From: an uncultured Solirubrobacteraceae bacterium
Lineage (GTDB): Bacteria; Actinomycetota; Thermoleophilia; Solirubrobacterales; Solirubrobacteraceae
Assembly: GCA_963700025.1 (NCBI GenBank)
Contig: CAVOWC010000008.1
Location: 501,789 to 565,788, forward strand
Direction of reading: 5' to 3'
Length of the DNA stretch: 64,000 bases
A model generated the notes under the pieces. It did no database searches and had not been told where the DNA came from. It worked only from the letters and a program-made list of their open reading frames with translations. Of this stretch, positions 19,941 through 29,109 are shown one piece after another (within the stretch, counting starts at the first letter, position 1; every line of letters begins with the position of its first letter). The position numbers and the translations under genes are program-made.

Positions 19941-21494
19941 TCAGGCTTGAACGGCCTCGGCCGCCGGGACCGCTCCGGCCTCGGGCTGTGCCTCGGTCTG
20001 GGATACGAAGTCGCGCGAGCGGATCAGCGCCAGCGCAGCGACCGATCCGACCAGGGCGACGATCGCGGCCACGAGGAAGATCTCGTTGAGGCCGGCGACG
20101 AAGCTCGCCCGCGCCACCTCGCCGACGCCGGCTCGCGCCTGAGCCGGCACGCGCGCGATCGCCTCCTTGGCCTGACCATTCGCGATCGCCGTCGCGATCG
20201 TGTTGGCCCCGCCGCTGTGCAGCGCGCTCAGGCCCGAGGCCACGTGCGAGCGGACCGAGCTGGTGAAGATCGTGCCGAGCGCGGCGATACCGGTCGCGAT
20301 CCCGACCTGCCGGAATGTGCTGTTGATCCCGGATCCCATGCCGGCCTGACGAGGCGGGACGACGGCGATCGCGGTTGACGCCAGCGGCGGGTTGATCAGC
20401 CCGACGCCGATACCGCCGACGATGAATCCCGGCAGCAGGTGTGTCCAACCCGAGCCCACGGTGAGTCCGCGCATCAGCAGCAGGCTCAGGCCGACCAGGG
20501 CGAGACCGGCCCCCATCAGCAGCCGGACCGGCACCACGGTGGTGAGCCGGCCGGCGATCGCCGAGGTGACCAGGATCGCGGCCGACAGCGTCAGCAGCCG
20601 CAGGCCGGCGCCGAGCGGCGAGAGACCGAGGATGTTCTGGAGGTAGAGCGTCAGGTACAGGAACATCGCGAAGATCGAGGCCGAGAGCGCGAAGGCGACC
20701 AGCGACGCGCCGTCGAAGGCGGGCCGGCGGAGCAGGCCGAGATCGAACATCGGCGCCCGCTGGCGCCACTCGACGAGCACGAAGACGAAGAGCAGGATGA
20801 CGCTGGCGATCAGGCACCCCACGACGACGGAGCTGCCCCACCCCTTGCGGCTCGACTCGATCAGCGCGAACACCCCCGTCCCGAGCGCACCCGTGAAGGT
20901 GATGAAACCGGGGATGTCGAGCCGCGCGCCCTGCGGATCGCGTGACTCCTCGACCCGGGTCAGGGTCAGGCCGAGCGCCAAGACGCCGATGGGGACGTTG
21001 ACCAGGAAGATCCAGCGCCAGCTCAGCGCGTCCGTCAGCGCGCCGCCGATCAACGGTCCGATCGAGACCGCGGCGCCGGTGACGGCCCCCCAGACGCCGA
21101 ACGCGACCCCGCGGTCGCGGCCGCGATAGGCGTGACCGAGCAGCGCCAGCGAGGTCGCGAACATCATCGCGCCCCCGATCCCCTGCACGGCGCGGGAGAC
21201 GTTGAGCATCAACGGCGACTGCGCGGTGCCGCAGAGCAGCGAGGCGGCCGAGAAGACGACGATCCCGATCGCGAAGATGCGCCGGCGCCCGAGCAGGTCG
21301 GCCAGCGACCCGGAGGTCAAGAGCAGCGCGGCCAGCGTCAGCGCGTAGGCATCGATGACCCATTGCAGGTCGGTGAAGCTCGAGCCCAGGCCGGCCTGGA
21401 TCTTCGGCAGCGCGACGTTCACAATTGTGACGTCGAGCAGCAACATGAACGTGCCGACGCAGACGGTGACGAGAGTCCACCACTTGCGATCCAT
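19941..21494 (-). CDS. DHA2 (EmrB/QacA) MFS efflux transporter
   Basis: LDVTIVNVALP, GSLADLLGRRR, WRWIFLVNVP, about 14 TM. Confidence 0.94.
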   Translation of the reverse strand: MDRKWWTLVTVCVGTFMLLLDVTIVNVALPKIQAGLGSSFTDLQWVIDAYALTLAALLLTSGSLADLLGRRRIFAIGIVVFSAASLLCGTAQSPLMLNVSRAVQGIGGAMMFATSLALLGHAYRGRDRGVAFGVWGAVTGAAVSIGPLIGGALTDALSWRWIFLVNVPIGVLALGLTLTRVEESRDPQGARLDIPGFITFTGALGTGVFALIESSRKGWGSSVVVGCLIASVILLFVFVLVEWRQRAPMFDLGLLRRPAFDGASLVAFALSASIFAMFLYLTLYLQNILGLSPLGAGLRLLTLSAAILVTSAIAGRLTTVVPVRLLMGAGLALVGLSLLLMRGLTVGSGWTHLLPGFIVGGIGVGLINPPLASTAIAVVPPRQAGMGSGINSTFRQVGIATGIAALGTIFTSSVRSHVASGLSALHSGGANTIATAIANGQAKEAIARVPAQARAGVGEVARASFVAGLNEIFLVAAIVALVGSVAALALIRSRDFVSQTEAQPEAGAVPAAEAVQA

Positions 21495-21533
21495 AGCTGC
21501 TTCCCCTTCCTTCGCGACCAGTTTACTCAGTGT

Positions 21534-21577
21534 ACATGACGATCGAATATACTGATGATCAGCAATCATGACGATCG
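21534..21577. promoter_or_regulatory. divergent promoter/operator region of the MFS-MarR pair
   Basis: AT-rich; CATGACGATCGA occurs twice; ATGAT-N5-ATCAT palindrome overlaps the MarR start; TATACT -10. Confidence 0.5.
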
Positions 21578-22020
21578 AGAACGGATTCACGGCCACCGAC
21601 GGTCAGTCGCTTGCGCCGGGACGCTGGACCGGGTTTCTTATCGCCCGGGCGCATCTCCGGGCCCACGCTCTGTTCCTGGATGCGCTTGCGCCGCTCGCGC
21701 TGACGCCGAAGAGCTTCGGCTCGCTGGCGGTGATCGCCGAGCGGGGTCCCCTCAGCCAGGCGGCGCTCGGCGAGCTGCTCCGGATCGATCGCACCACGGT
21801 CGTAGCCGTGGTCGACGAGCTCGAACGGGCCGGATACGTGACCCGCGGCCGCGACGCCGCCGACCGGCGCGTGCACTCGTTGCTCATCACCCCGGCGGGC
21901 CGGCAGGTGCTCGGCGAGGCCCAGCAGATCGCGGACCGTTCCCATGCCGAGCTGCTCGCCGACCTCAGCATCGACGAGCGCGACCAACTGCACTCGCTGC
22001 TCGCGCGGGTCGCGCAGTGA
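21568..22020 (+). CDS. MarR family transcriptional regulator
   Basis: SQAALG, IDRTTVV, LERAGYV, DRR...ITPAG; divergent from MFS. Confidence 0.92.
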   Translation: MTIENGFTATDGQSLAPGRWTGFLIARAHLRAHALFLDALAPLALTPKSFGSLAVIAERGPLSQAALGELLRIDRTTVVAVVDELERAGYVTRGRDAADRRVHSLLITPAGRQVLGEAQQIADRSHAELLADLSIDERDQLHSLLARVAQ

Positions 22021-22042
22021 CCGGTCCACGGGACCGACCGCG

Positions 22043-22660
22043 ATGAGCATCGTGCGAGGGCTTGCCTTCGATCTCACGCAGGCCGATCTCCCCACCTTCT
22101 CGGAGCATCTGCCGATCACGCAGGCGGCGATCCTCTTCGCCCGTCCGCGCCACCGTGGTCACCGGCGGGCCTCCGACGACGCGCCGTTCATCCTGCACCC
22201 GCTCGAGGTCGGAGCACTGTTGTTCATCGCCGCCTATCCCGATCCGGTCGTCGCCGCCGGCGTACTGCACGACGTGATCGAGGACGCCGGCACGACCGTC
22301 GCCGAGATCAGCAGTCAGTTCGGCGAGCACGTCGCCGGCTTGGTGGCAACGGTGAGCGAGGATGTGTCGATCGCCGATGATCGCGAGCGCAAGGCCGCCC
22401 TCAGAGGCGCGGTCAGGCGGGCGGGAGGCGACGCGGCCGCGATCTTCGCCGCCGACAAGCTGGCCCGGGTGCGCGAGCTCCGGACCACGCTCAGCCGACT
22501 GCGCCTCCTCGACGCTTCACCGACGGCGGTGATCGAGCACCAGCTCGATCATTATCTGGCCAGCCTGCGAATGCTCGAGCGGACAATCCCAGACGAGCCG
22601 CTCGTGCACCAGCTGCGATTCGAGCTCGAGACGCTGCAGCACCTGCCCCCGGGCCGGTGA
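22043..22660 (+). CDS. HD domain protein, small alarmone hydrolase/MESH1-like
   Basis: HRGHRR...PFILHPLEV, LHDVIED, FGEHVAGLV, ADKL. Confidence 0.82.
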   Translation: MSIVRGLAFDLTQADLPTFSEHLPITQAAILFARPRHRGHRRASDDAPFILHPLEVGALLFIAAYPDPVVAAGVLHDVIEDAGTTVAEISSQFGEHVAGLVATVSEDVSIADDRERKAALRGAVRRAGGDAAAIFAADKLARVRELRTTLSRLRLLDASPTAVIEHQLDHYLASLRMLERTIPDEPLVHQLRFELETLQHLPPGR

Positions 22661-22739
22661 GAGCTCTCTCAGGACACTCTTCGACATCTCCTCGTCTTGG
22701 CTTAGCGGATGCTGCGGAGCAGTCGATGTAGTGGTGGCC

Positions 22740-22916
22740 ATGACCAGACACCCCACGCCCGTCTATGCCGGGCCCTCCTCCGCCCCCCGCCACACGAGCA
22801 TCCAATCGGAGCCGCGCCGCACGCAGCGGACCCCCGAGTCCTGGCTGGCCGGCCTGTTGCGGACCGGCGGCGCTGACCGGCGCCGCGCCCAGACCGAACG
22901 CGCCCGCTGGCGCTAG
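22740..22916 (+). CDS. small hypothetical protein
   Basis: 58-aa ORF filling an intergenic gap; no recognisable motif. Confidence 0.4.
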   Translation: MTRHPTPVYAGPSSAPRHTSIQSEPRRTQRTPESWLAGLLRTGGADRRRAQTERARWR

Positions 22917-23056
22917 CCGGCGCGCACTGCGGCGGCCGCAGCCGGCCGCGCTGCCGTCGCCATCGCCGGCTCGCCGTCCGCGGGATGGGTTAAGACCTGT
23001 TAGGGCCCGCCGATGTCCTGGTGGACCCCAGCAGGAGGTGACCTACCCTGAACCGG

Positions 23057-24682
23057 ATGCCTCGGCCGCGTACCCGCAGAAGGCTCGTCGTGCTCAGCGC
23101 GCTCGCGCTGGTCGTCGCGATCGCGTTCGGGCTCAGCCCCCTGCCCAGCCACGACGGCGCCACCCGGGCGGCGGCGCGGGCGGGGCGCGGGCCGGCCGCT
23201 CACCGGGCCCGCGGACCGCTTCCGAGCCGCCCCCCGCCGGACGCGACCGCGTCGGTCGTGTCGGCCGGGGGCGCGCGGACCGTTCCGGAGTCGTATCTGG
23301 GCGTGTCCACCGAGTATTGGGCGCTGCCGCTGTTCTACCGGCACATGCGGCTGTTCGAGCGGGCGCTCGCGCTGATCCATGCCCAGGGCAATGGTCCGCT
23401 CAGTGTCCGGATCGGCGGCGATTCGGCCGACCACACGTTCTGGGATCCGATGGCCAGGAACATGCCGCACTGGGTGTTCAAGCTGACGCCGGCGTGGCTG
23501 ACCCCGACCGCCAAGCTCGTCCGACGCCTCGGCGTCCGGCTGATCCTCGACCTCAACCTGGTCACGGGCTCCCCGATCCGCGCCGCCGAGTGGGCCCAGG
23601 CGGCGGAGCGCGAGATGCCCCGCGGGAGCATCGCCGCGTTTGAGATCGGCAACGAGCCGGACATCTACAACCGCTGGTTCTGGCTGGCCACCGTCTCACG
23701 CCGCACGCTGGGTGCGACGCTGCTCCCGACGGGCCTTACGGCGGACAGCTACGCGCAGGTGTTCCGCGCCTACTCGACGGCCCTGGCCCAGGTCGCACCG
23801 CACGTGGCGCTGATCGGCCCGGCGGTCGCCAACCCGGCCCTCGATGTGAACTGGATCTCCGGCCTGATCGACAGCTCCCACCCCGGCCTCGGCACCGTCA
23901 GCGCACACCGCTATCCGCTCTCTGCGTGCGCGACCCGGACCTCCCGGGCATACCCGACGATCGCCCGCGTGCTCGGTGAGCCGGCCTCGGCGGGCATCGC
24001 CCACACGCTCGCGCCGGCGATTGCGCTGGCCCACCGCGCCGACCTTCCCTTCCGGTTGACGGAGCTGAACTCGGTCACCTGCGGCGGGCGCCCGGGCGTC
24101 AGCGACGCGTTCGCAACCGCACTGTGGGCGCCGGACGCGCTGTTCGAGCTGCTCCATGCCGGCGTCGACGGCGTCAACGTGCACGTGCGGGCGAACACGA
24201 TCAATGCCGCCTTCGCGCTCTCCCGGACGGGGTTCATCGCCCGCCCGCTGCTGTACGGCCTGATCCTGTTCGCTCGGACGCTCGGTCCCGGCGCCCAGCT
24301 CGTGCCCGTGAGCGTGCATGCCCCCGACGCGGTGCATCTGAAGGTGTGGGCGGTGCGCGTCCGCGGCAACACGCTCCACGTTCTGCTGATCAACAAGGGC
24401 AACCGCAACGTGCGGGTGGCGCTCGCGCTCCCGGCCACCGGACCGGCGCAGGTGCAGCGGCTGCTCGCGACGTCGGCGGCGTCGCGCTGGGGCGTGACCC
24501 TGAACGGGCAGCGGCTCGGGCCCAACGGCGCCTGGCAGGGGCACGCGGCCACCGAGACGATCGCGCCCGGCCCACATGGCTACGCACTCGTGGTCCCGCG
24601 CGTGAGCGCCGCCCTGATGGACCTCGCGCTGCAACCGGCGCCGGACGCACCCCGGCCGGCGGCGCAACCGCACCGCGGGTAG
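23057..24682 (+). CDS. GH79 family glycoside hydrolase, secreted
   Basis: Signal/TM, RIGGDSAD, FEIGNEPD, RLTELNS, GVSDAFATALW; GH79 C-terminal domain. Confidence 0.88.
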   Translation: MPRPRTRRRLVVLSALALVVAIAFGLSPLPSHDGATRAAARAGRGPAAHRARGPLPSRPPPDATASVVSAGGARTVPESYLGVSTEYWALPLFYRHMRLFERALALIHAQGNGPLSVRIGGDSADHTFWDPMARNMPHWVFKLTPAWLTPTAKLVRRLGVRLILDLNLVTGSPIRAAEWAQAAEREMPRGSIAAFEIGNEPDIYNRWFWLATVSRRTLGATLLPTGLTADSYAQVFRAYSTALAQVAPHVALIGPAVANPALDVNWISGLIDSSHPGLGTVSAHRYPLSACATRTSRAYPTIARVLGEPASAGIAHTLAPAIALAHRADLPFRLTELNSVTCGGRPGVSDAFATALWAPDALFELLHAGVDGVNVHVRANTINAAFALSRTGFIARPLLYGLILFARTLGPGAQLVPVSVHAPDAVHLKVWAVRVRGNTLHVLLINKGNRNVRVALALPATGPAQVQRLLATSAASRWGVTLNGQRLGPNGAWQGHAATETIAPGPHGYALVVPRVSAALMDLALQPAPDAPRPAAQPHRG

Positions 24683-24689
24683 GGGTGGT

Positions 24690-25094
24690 TCAGCCGGCGG
24701 CGGGCATCGCCACCAGCTCCGCGAACAGGCTCTCGAGCGTGTCGGCCGGGTCCTCGCACAGACCGGTATGCACCTCCGAGGACTGGATGACCGTGCTCGA
24801 TGGAGCGACCAGCCAACCGAACCGCTCCGATGGGTGCATGGACGCGATCGGCCCGGCCCCGGCCTCGCCGCCGGCCACCCGCACGACCGCATCCAGATGC
24901 GCGCGCACCTCGTCGGCGGAGGCATCCGGGGCCAGCGCCGCGAGCCGCCGCTCGTCGAGCGCGACCCGAGCGCCGAGAAAGCCGCGCTGACGGCAGTACA
25001 GGACCACCCCGGCGTTGAACCGCTCACCGCGCTCGATCCGTGGTACGACGCGGATGATCGCGTACGCGAACGGGCTACGCGCCGACGCGGGCAT
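24690..25094 (-). CDS. DUF3037 family protein
   Basis: FAYAIIRVVPRIERGERFNAGV...ERFGWLVAPSSTVIQ.S.VHTG; overlaps the kinase stop by 20 nt. Confidence 0.9.
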   Translation of the reverse strand: MPASARSPFAYAIIRVVPRIERGERFNAGVVLYCRQRGFLGARVALDERRLAALAPDASADEVRAHLDAVVRVAGGEAGAGPIASMHPSERFGWLVAPSSTVIQSSEVHTGLCEDPADTLESLFAELVAMPAAG

Positions 25095-25842
25095 GCTCCG
25101 CCTCCTCCGCGAATGCGCCGACCTCGAGCCGCAGCGCAAGGTATGCGACGTACTCCTCGCCGGCATCTCCGGCGAGCCAGTCGTCGGGGACGAGCGAGAC
25201 GACCTGGCGCAGCACGTCCGGGCCGACACGTGACGCCAGCCGGTCGGCGGCCTCGAGGATAGAGCCGGCATACGGCAGCAGCACGTGCTCGGCGATCAGC
25301 GGGAACGCTCGGCCCGCGTGCTCGGAGGCGACCAGGCCGCCGTGCTGCAGATACAGCGCGGCGCCGTGATCGATCAGCCACATCCGGCCGTGCCACAGCA
25401 GCAGGTTGGGGTTGCGCGCGGTGCGGTCGACGTTGGTGGTGAGGGCATCGAGCCAGACGATGTCGGCGGCCAGGCTCCGGTCGGGTGCCCACGCGCCGGC
25501 CGGCGTGTACGGCAGCGCTCCCGGGAGGAAGTCGACGCCGAGGTTCGTGCCCGGGCTGGCGGTGATCAGCTCCTGGATCTCGGGATCGGGCTCGGCCGCG
25601 CCGAGCGCGGGGTCGATCTCCACGGTCACCAGCTCGGGCACGAGCAGCCCTAGGCGCCGAGCCAGCTCCCCGACGATCACCTCGGCGACCAGCGCCCGCC
25701 GGCCCTGTCCGGCGCCCCGGAACTTGGTCACGTAGAGGCCGTCGTCGTCCGCCTCGACGAGACCGGGCAGCGAGCCGCCTTCGCGCAGGGGCGTGACGTA
25801 GCGCGTGGCCGTGACTGACCTCAGAGCGGTGGCGGTGGCCAT
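25075..25842 (-). CDS. HipA-like kinase
   Basis: YVTPLREGGSLP, KFRGAGQG, NVDRTARNPNLL, LIDHG. Confidence 0.9.
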   Translation of the reverse strand: MATATALRSVTATRYVTPLREGGSLPGLVEADDDGLYVTKFRGAGQGRRALVAEVIVGELARRLGLLVPELVTVEIDPALGAAEPDPEIQELITASPGTNLGVDFLPGALPYTPAGAWAPDRSLAADIVWLDALTTNVDRTARNPNLLLWHGRMWLIDHGAALYLQHGGLVASEHAGRAFPLIAEHVLLPYAGSILEAADRLASRVGPDVLRQVVSLVPDDWLAGDAGEEYVAYLALRLEVGAFAEEAEHARVGA

Positions 25843-25881
25843 CGGCGGACCGTACCCGGTCCGCCGATGGCACTGCCGCGA

Positions 25882-27366
25882 TCAGAGTCCGGTCTGCGCG
25901 ACGAGCTCGCCGGAGGCGACGGCGTCGGTGAGACGCTGGTAGTCGCGCCCGTTCTGCTCCGCGTACGCCTTCGAGAACTCGAGGATCGCCCTGTCGAAGC
26001 TCGACCCGCCGCCGAGGTAGGCCGCGATCGCGATCCGGTCGCCGCTGCGCGCATGCCCGCGGGCGAGCGTCCAGCCGCACAGCTCGCCGTAGATGCTCAA
26101 GCCCTTGGGGACCATCTGCTCGATCTCCGCCGACCCCTTCCAGTCCTTGAGCTGGCGGCCGTAGAAGTCACGGGCCCTGCCGTCGAGCCCGGACTTGACA
26201 TGCAGCCAGCCGAGGAAGATGTCCGAGCTGGCCTGCATCAGCCGCTGCCCGACCACCACACGCTCGCCGTGGTTGGCGAACTCGCTCGGCCCAAGGAACT
26301 CCTCCAGCACCGAGGCCTCGGCCTCCTTCATCTGCAGGAACAGCGGGTCCTGCCCGTTGCGACCCAGCAGCAGCGCGATCCACGCGCGCGTGCCGACGCT
26401 GCCGACACCGACCACCTTGCGGGCGAAGTCCATCAGCTCGAACTGCTCGAGCAGCACCCGGCGGTCGAACTCGAGCGTGTCACGGTACCCGCGCAGCAGC
26501 TCATGGAGGCCCTCGAACACCCTGTCCCGGCTCTCGTCGTCGCCGAGCCTGTCGATCGGCACGATCAGCGGCGACTCGTCCACGATCCTGATCTCACCGT
26601 CCACCGCGCGGGTGAGCTTGGAGAACGCGAACATGCTGTCCTTGGTGCGGGCCTTGGCGAGGTTCTTCTCGGTCCGCTTGAGCATCGCCGGCTTCACCTG
26701 CGCGCCGAGCTCCTTGATCACCCCCTCCATATCGAGGTGCGCGTACCAGACCTCGAGATTCTTCATCCCGGCGAACTCGGCCATCGCCGTGCGATAGCGC
26801 GCGACCGTGTCGAGCACGATCCGGTCCTGGTCCTTGGGGGAGTAGCCGTTGTTGGTCGCGGCGATCAGCATGCTCACGGCCAGGCGCTTGACGTCCCACT
26901 CCCACGGCCCCGGCAGGGTCTCGTCGAAGTCGTTGACGTCGAACACCAGGCGCCGCTCGGGCGAGGCGAAGACGCCGAAGTTCGACAGGTGGGCATCGCC
27001 GCAGCACTGGACGTTGAGCCCCGAGCGCGGGGTCGCCGCCAGGTCATGGGCCATGATCCGCGCCGCCCCGCGGTAGAAGGTGAACGGAGACACGAGCATC
27101 CGCCCATAGCGGATCGGCACCAGCTCGGGCACCCGCGTCTTCGCCTGCTCCTCGAGCAGCTCGAGCGGGTCGGCGCGCGTGGCCGGCGGGTCGAAGGTCG
27201 CGTGCCTCGAGCGCGGCACCTCGGCTCGTGCCGCCTTGCCGCGGGCGACGCGCTCGCTGACCGAGAGATGGGGCATCACCGGGAGCGCCGACGGCGCCGC
27301 CGTCTTCCGCCTCCGGGTGGCCGGAGCCCCGTTCCTCGCCGTGGTGCGCCGCGTCGTAGTCGCCAT
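25882..27366 (-). CDS. DUF2252 family protein (kinase-like fold)
   Basis: PIRYGRM, FYRGAA, CGDAHLSNFG, DVNDFDE, WEWDVKRL, KVVGVGSVG, LARGHARSGD. Confidence 0.93.
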   Translation of the reverse strand: MATTTRRTTARNGAPATRRRKTAAPSALPVMPHLSVSERVARGKAARAEVPRSRHATFDPPATRADPLELLEEQAKTRVPELVPIRYGRMLVSPFTFYRGAARIMAHDLAATPRSGLNVQCCGDAHLSNFGVFASPERRLVFDVNDFDETLPGPWEWDVKRLAVSMLIAATNNGYSPKDQDRIVLDTVARYRTAMAEFAGMKNLEVWYAHLDMEGVIKELGAQVKPAMLKRTEKNLAKARTKDSMFAFSKLTRAVDGEIRIVDESPLIVPIDRLGDDESRDRVFEGLHELLRGYRDTLEFDRRVLLEQFELMDFARKVVGVGSVGTRAWIALLLGRNGQDPLFLQMKEAEASVLEEFLGPSEFANHGERVVVGQRLMQASSDIFLGWLHVKSGLDGRARDFYGRQLKDWKGSAEIEQMVPKGLSIYGELCGWTLARGHARSGDRIAIAAYLGGGSSFDRAILEFSKAYAEQNGRDYQRLTDAVASGELVAQTGL

Positions 27367-27464
27367 CCTCGCTCCTTCATGTTGTGATCCTGGTGTGAAG
27401 CGATGCTCCCACAGGACCCCGGCGCCGACGATAGTGCGGGCACCACACCTTCGGGGGCTGCCGG

Positions 27465-28553
27465 TCAGTACGTGGCGAGCCCGCTCACGCTGATGATCCC
27501 GTGCTGCCCGTCGAGGGTGTTGTGGTCGTGCACCTTCAGCATGCCGCTGGTGATGCCGCGATAGGCCCCCGTGCCGCCGGTGATCTGCGCGCTGCCGCGG
27601 AAGTCGATCTGCCCGCCGGCGATCCTGGCCGGCAGTGAGGCGGTGCCGACGATCGACCCGTGGGCGAACAGGAGCCGGAAGCCGGCCCCGAACACGAGCC
27701 CGGGACCGAAGTGTCCGTCGAGGACGATCGAGCCGCGCCCGAATGGCGTGCCGGTCAGGGTGCCGTGATCCTCGATCGTGCCCGGCGCGGGCGGCGCCAC
27801 CTCACGGGTGTGACCGAGAATCGCGACCGTGTGCCGCACCCGCCGACCGGGCGGACGCGTGGTGGTGGCGAGCTGGTAGGTGTCCTGGAGCGGATCCTGG
27901 ATGATCGTGGCGGCTCCGTTCGCGCCCAGCACCAGCGGCGCTCGGAGCGTGCGCGACCGGTACCGCCAGCCCGGGGGCAGCGCCAGACGGGGGCCGAGAG
28001 CACGGAGTTGAGCGAGCGTCAGCGACGGGTCCTTGATCTGCGAGTAGCTCTGCATCACGTAGGTGTCGCCGCCGGGAGCGACGAGCTCGAACACCGTGCG
28101 CCCCCGGTTCCACTGCCACGTGTTGGTGCGGGCGATCGTCCGATCGAGATACGGCAGCTGCGAGAGATCGGCGGCGGTGCGGATGGCGATGCCGGCGACC
28201 ATCGTGAGACGCTGGCCGTGGAAGGTGCGGACGGGACCGGTCACCGCCGTCGCGCTGTCCATGAGGAAGTGGCGCGGTCCGTTCAGGACCACGACCGTGT
28301 CACCGAGCTCCTTGGCCAGCGACGCGGCGTCGAGACTGGTCCACCACGAGGCCGGGCACGTGCCCTGGCCGATCGTGTTCCACACCACGGCGCGCGCGTG
28401 GGGGAGCGACCCCTTGAGCTCGAGGATCTCGCAGTAGCGGGCGTCGTGCAGGCCGTGTGCCTGCTTCGTCGCCGCCGCGGCAACACCGGCGACGGCGAGG
28501 GCCGCGGCGGCGAGGCCGGCGATGACGAGACGCGTGGCGGCGCGGACGTTCAC
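27465..28553 (-). CDS. secreted two-domain hypothetical protein
   Basis: Signal peptide; RYCEIL...VWNT...CP...NGPRHF...YVMQSY...LPPGW domain plus beta-rich C-terminal domain with ITGGTGAYRG; TACGTT-N7-GTG. Confidence 0.8.
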   Translation of the reverse strand: MNVRAATRLVIAGLAAAALAVAGVAAAATKQAHGLHDARYCEILELKGSLPHARAVVWNTIGQGTCPASWWTSLDAASLAKELGDTVVVLNGPRHFLMDSATAVTGPVRTFHGQRLTMVAGIAIRTAADLSQLPYLDRTIARTNTWQWNRGRTVFELVAPGGDTYVMQSYSQIKDPSLTLAQLRALGPRLALPPGWRYRSRTLRAPLVLGANGAATIIQDPLQDTYQLATTTRPPGRRVRHTVAILGHTREVAPPAPGTIEDHGTLTGTPFGRGSIVLDGHFGPGLVFGAGFRLLFAHGSIVGTASLPARIAGGQIDFRGSAQITGGTGAYRGITSGMLKVHDHNTLDGQHGIISVSGLATY

Positions 28554-28600
28554 GGACACCAACGTACACGGTGCGGCCGGCCGGCCGCTCGCCGTGGCGG

Positions 28601-28987
28601 CTACGCGCTCTGGCGCTCGGGTGCCGCGAAGGACCGGAAGCGCTCGGCCATCTGCGCGTCGGGACCGTCCGAATCCGAGGGCTCGGAGTGCTCGTCCGTC
28701 CCGTTCTCCTCGCCGCCGCCGGAGTTGGGCTCCCGATGGTCGGCGTTGGCCTGCGCGACGACGCTCTCGAGGTGGTGGCGCAGCTTCTCCTCGCTGCCCG
28801 GAACCACCGCGCTGACGCGCACGGCCTGCTTCTTGACCCGCACCCTGCCCCAGTCCCCGTGCCCGAGCAGCCTCACCGTGGTCTCGAAGCTGTCCCTCCA
28901 CCCCTTCGGGATCTCGCCGTCGAGCTCGACCGTCAGCTTGCCGTCCACGACCTCAGCGGTCGTCCAGTTCAGTGTCACCTCGGCCAT
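28601..28987 (-). CDS. hypothetical protein
   Basis: Protein-like composition and codon use, acidic tail; GGGTA promoter-like element upstream. Confidence 0.75.
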   Translation of the reverse strand: MAEVTLNWTTAEVVDGKLTVELDGEIPKGWRDSFETTVRLLGHGDWGRVRVKKQAVRVSAVVPGSEEKLRHHLESVVAQANADHREPNSGGGEENGTDEHSEPSDSDGPDAQMAERFRSFAAPERQSA

Positions 28988-29109
28988 GGGAATGTCCTAC
29001 CCGCAGCGGCCTCGATCTAGCCGTCGAGTCGCCTTAACCGAGGACACGCGGGCCATTCGCGATCATGTGGGGTCGGATCGACTTCTGGATCGAGCCAGCG
29101 ATCTCCCTT

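Noticed and set aside
22517-22756. Antisense ORF overlapping the HD gene, with GAGGAG before an ATG (possible toxin-antitoxin partner)
   Set aside because: The SD abuts the ATG with no spacing, and the product is the antisense shadow of the HD gene.
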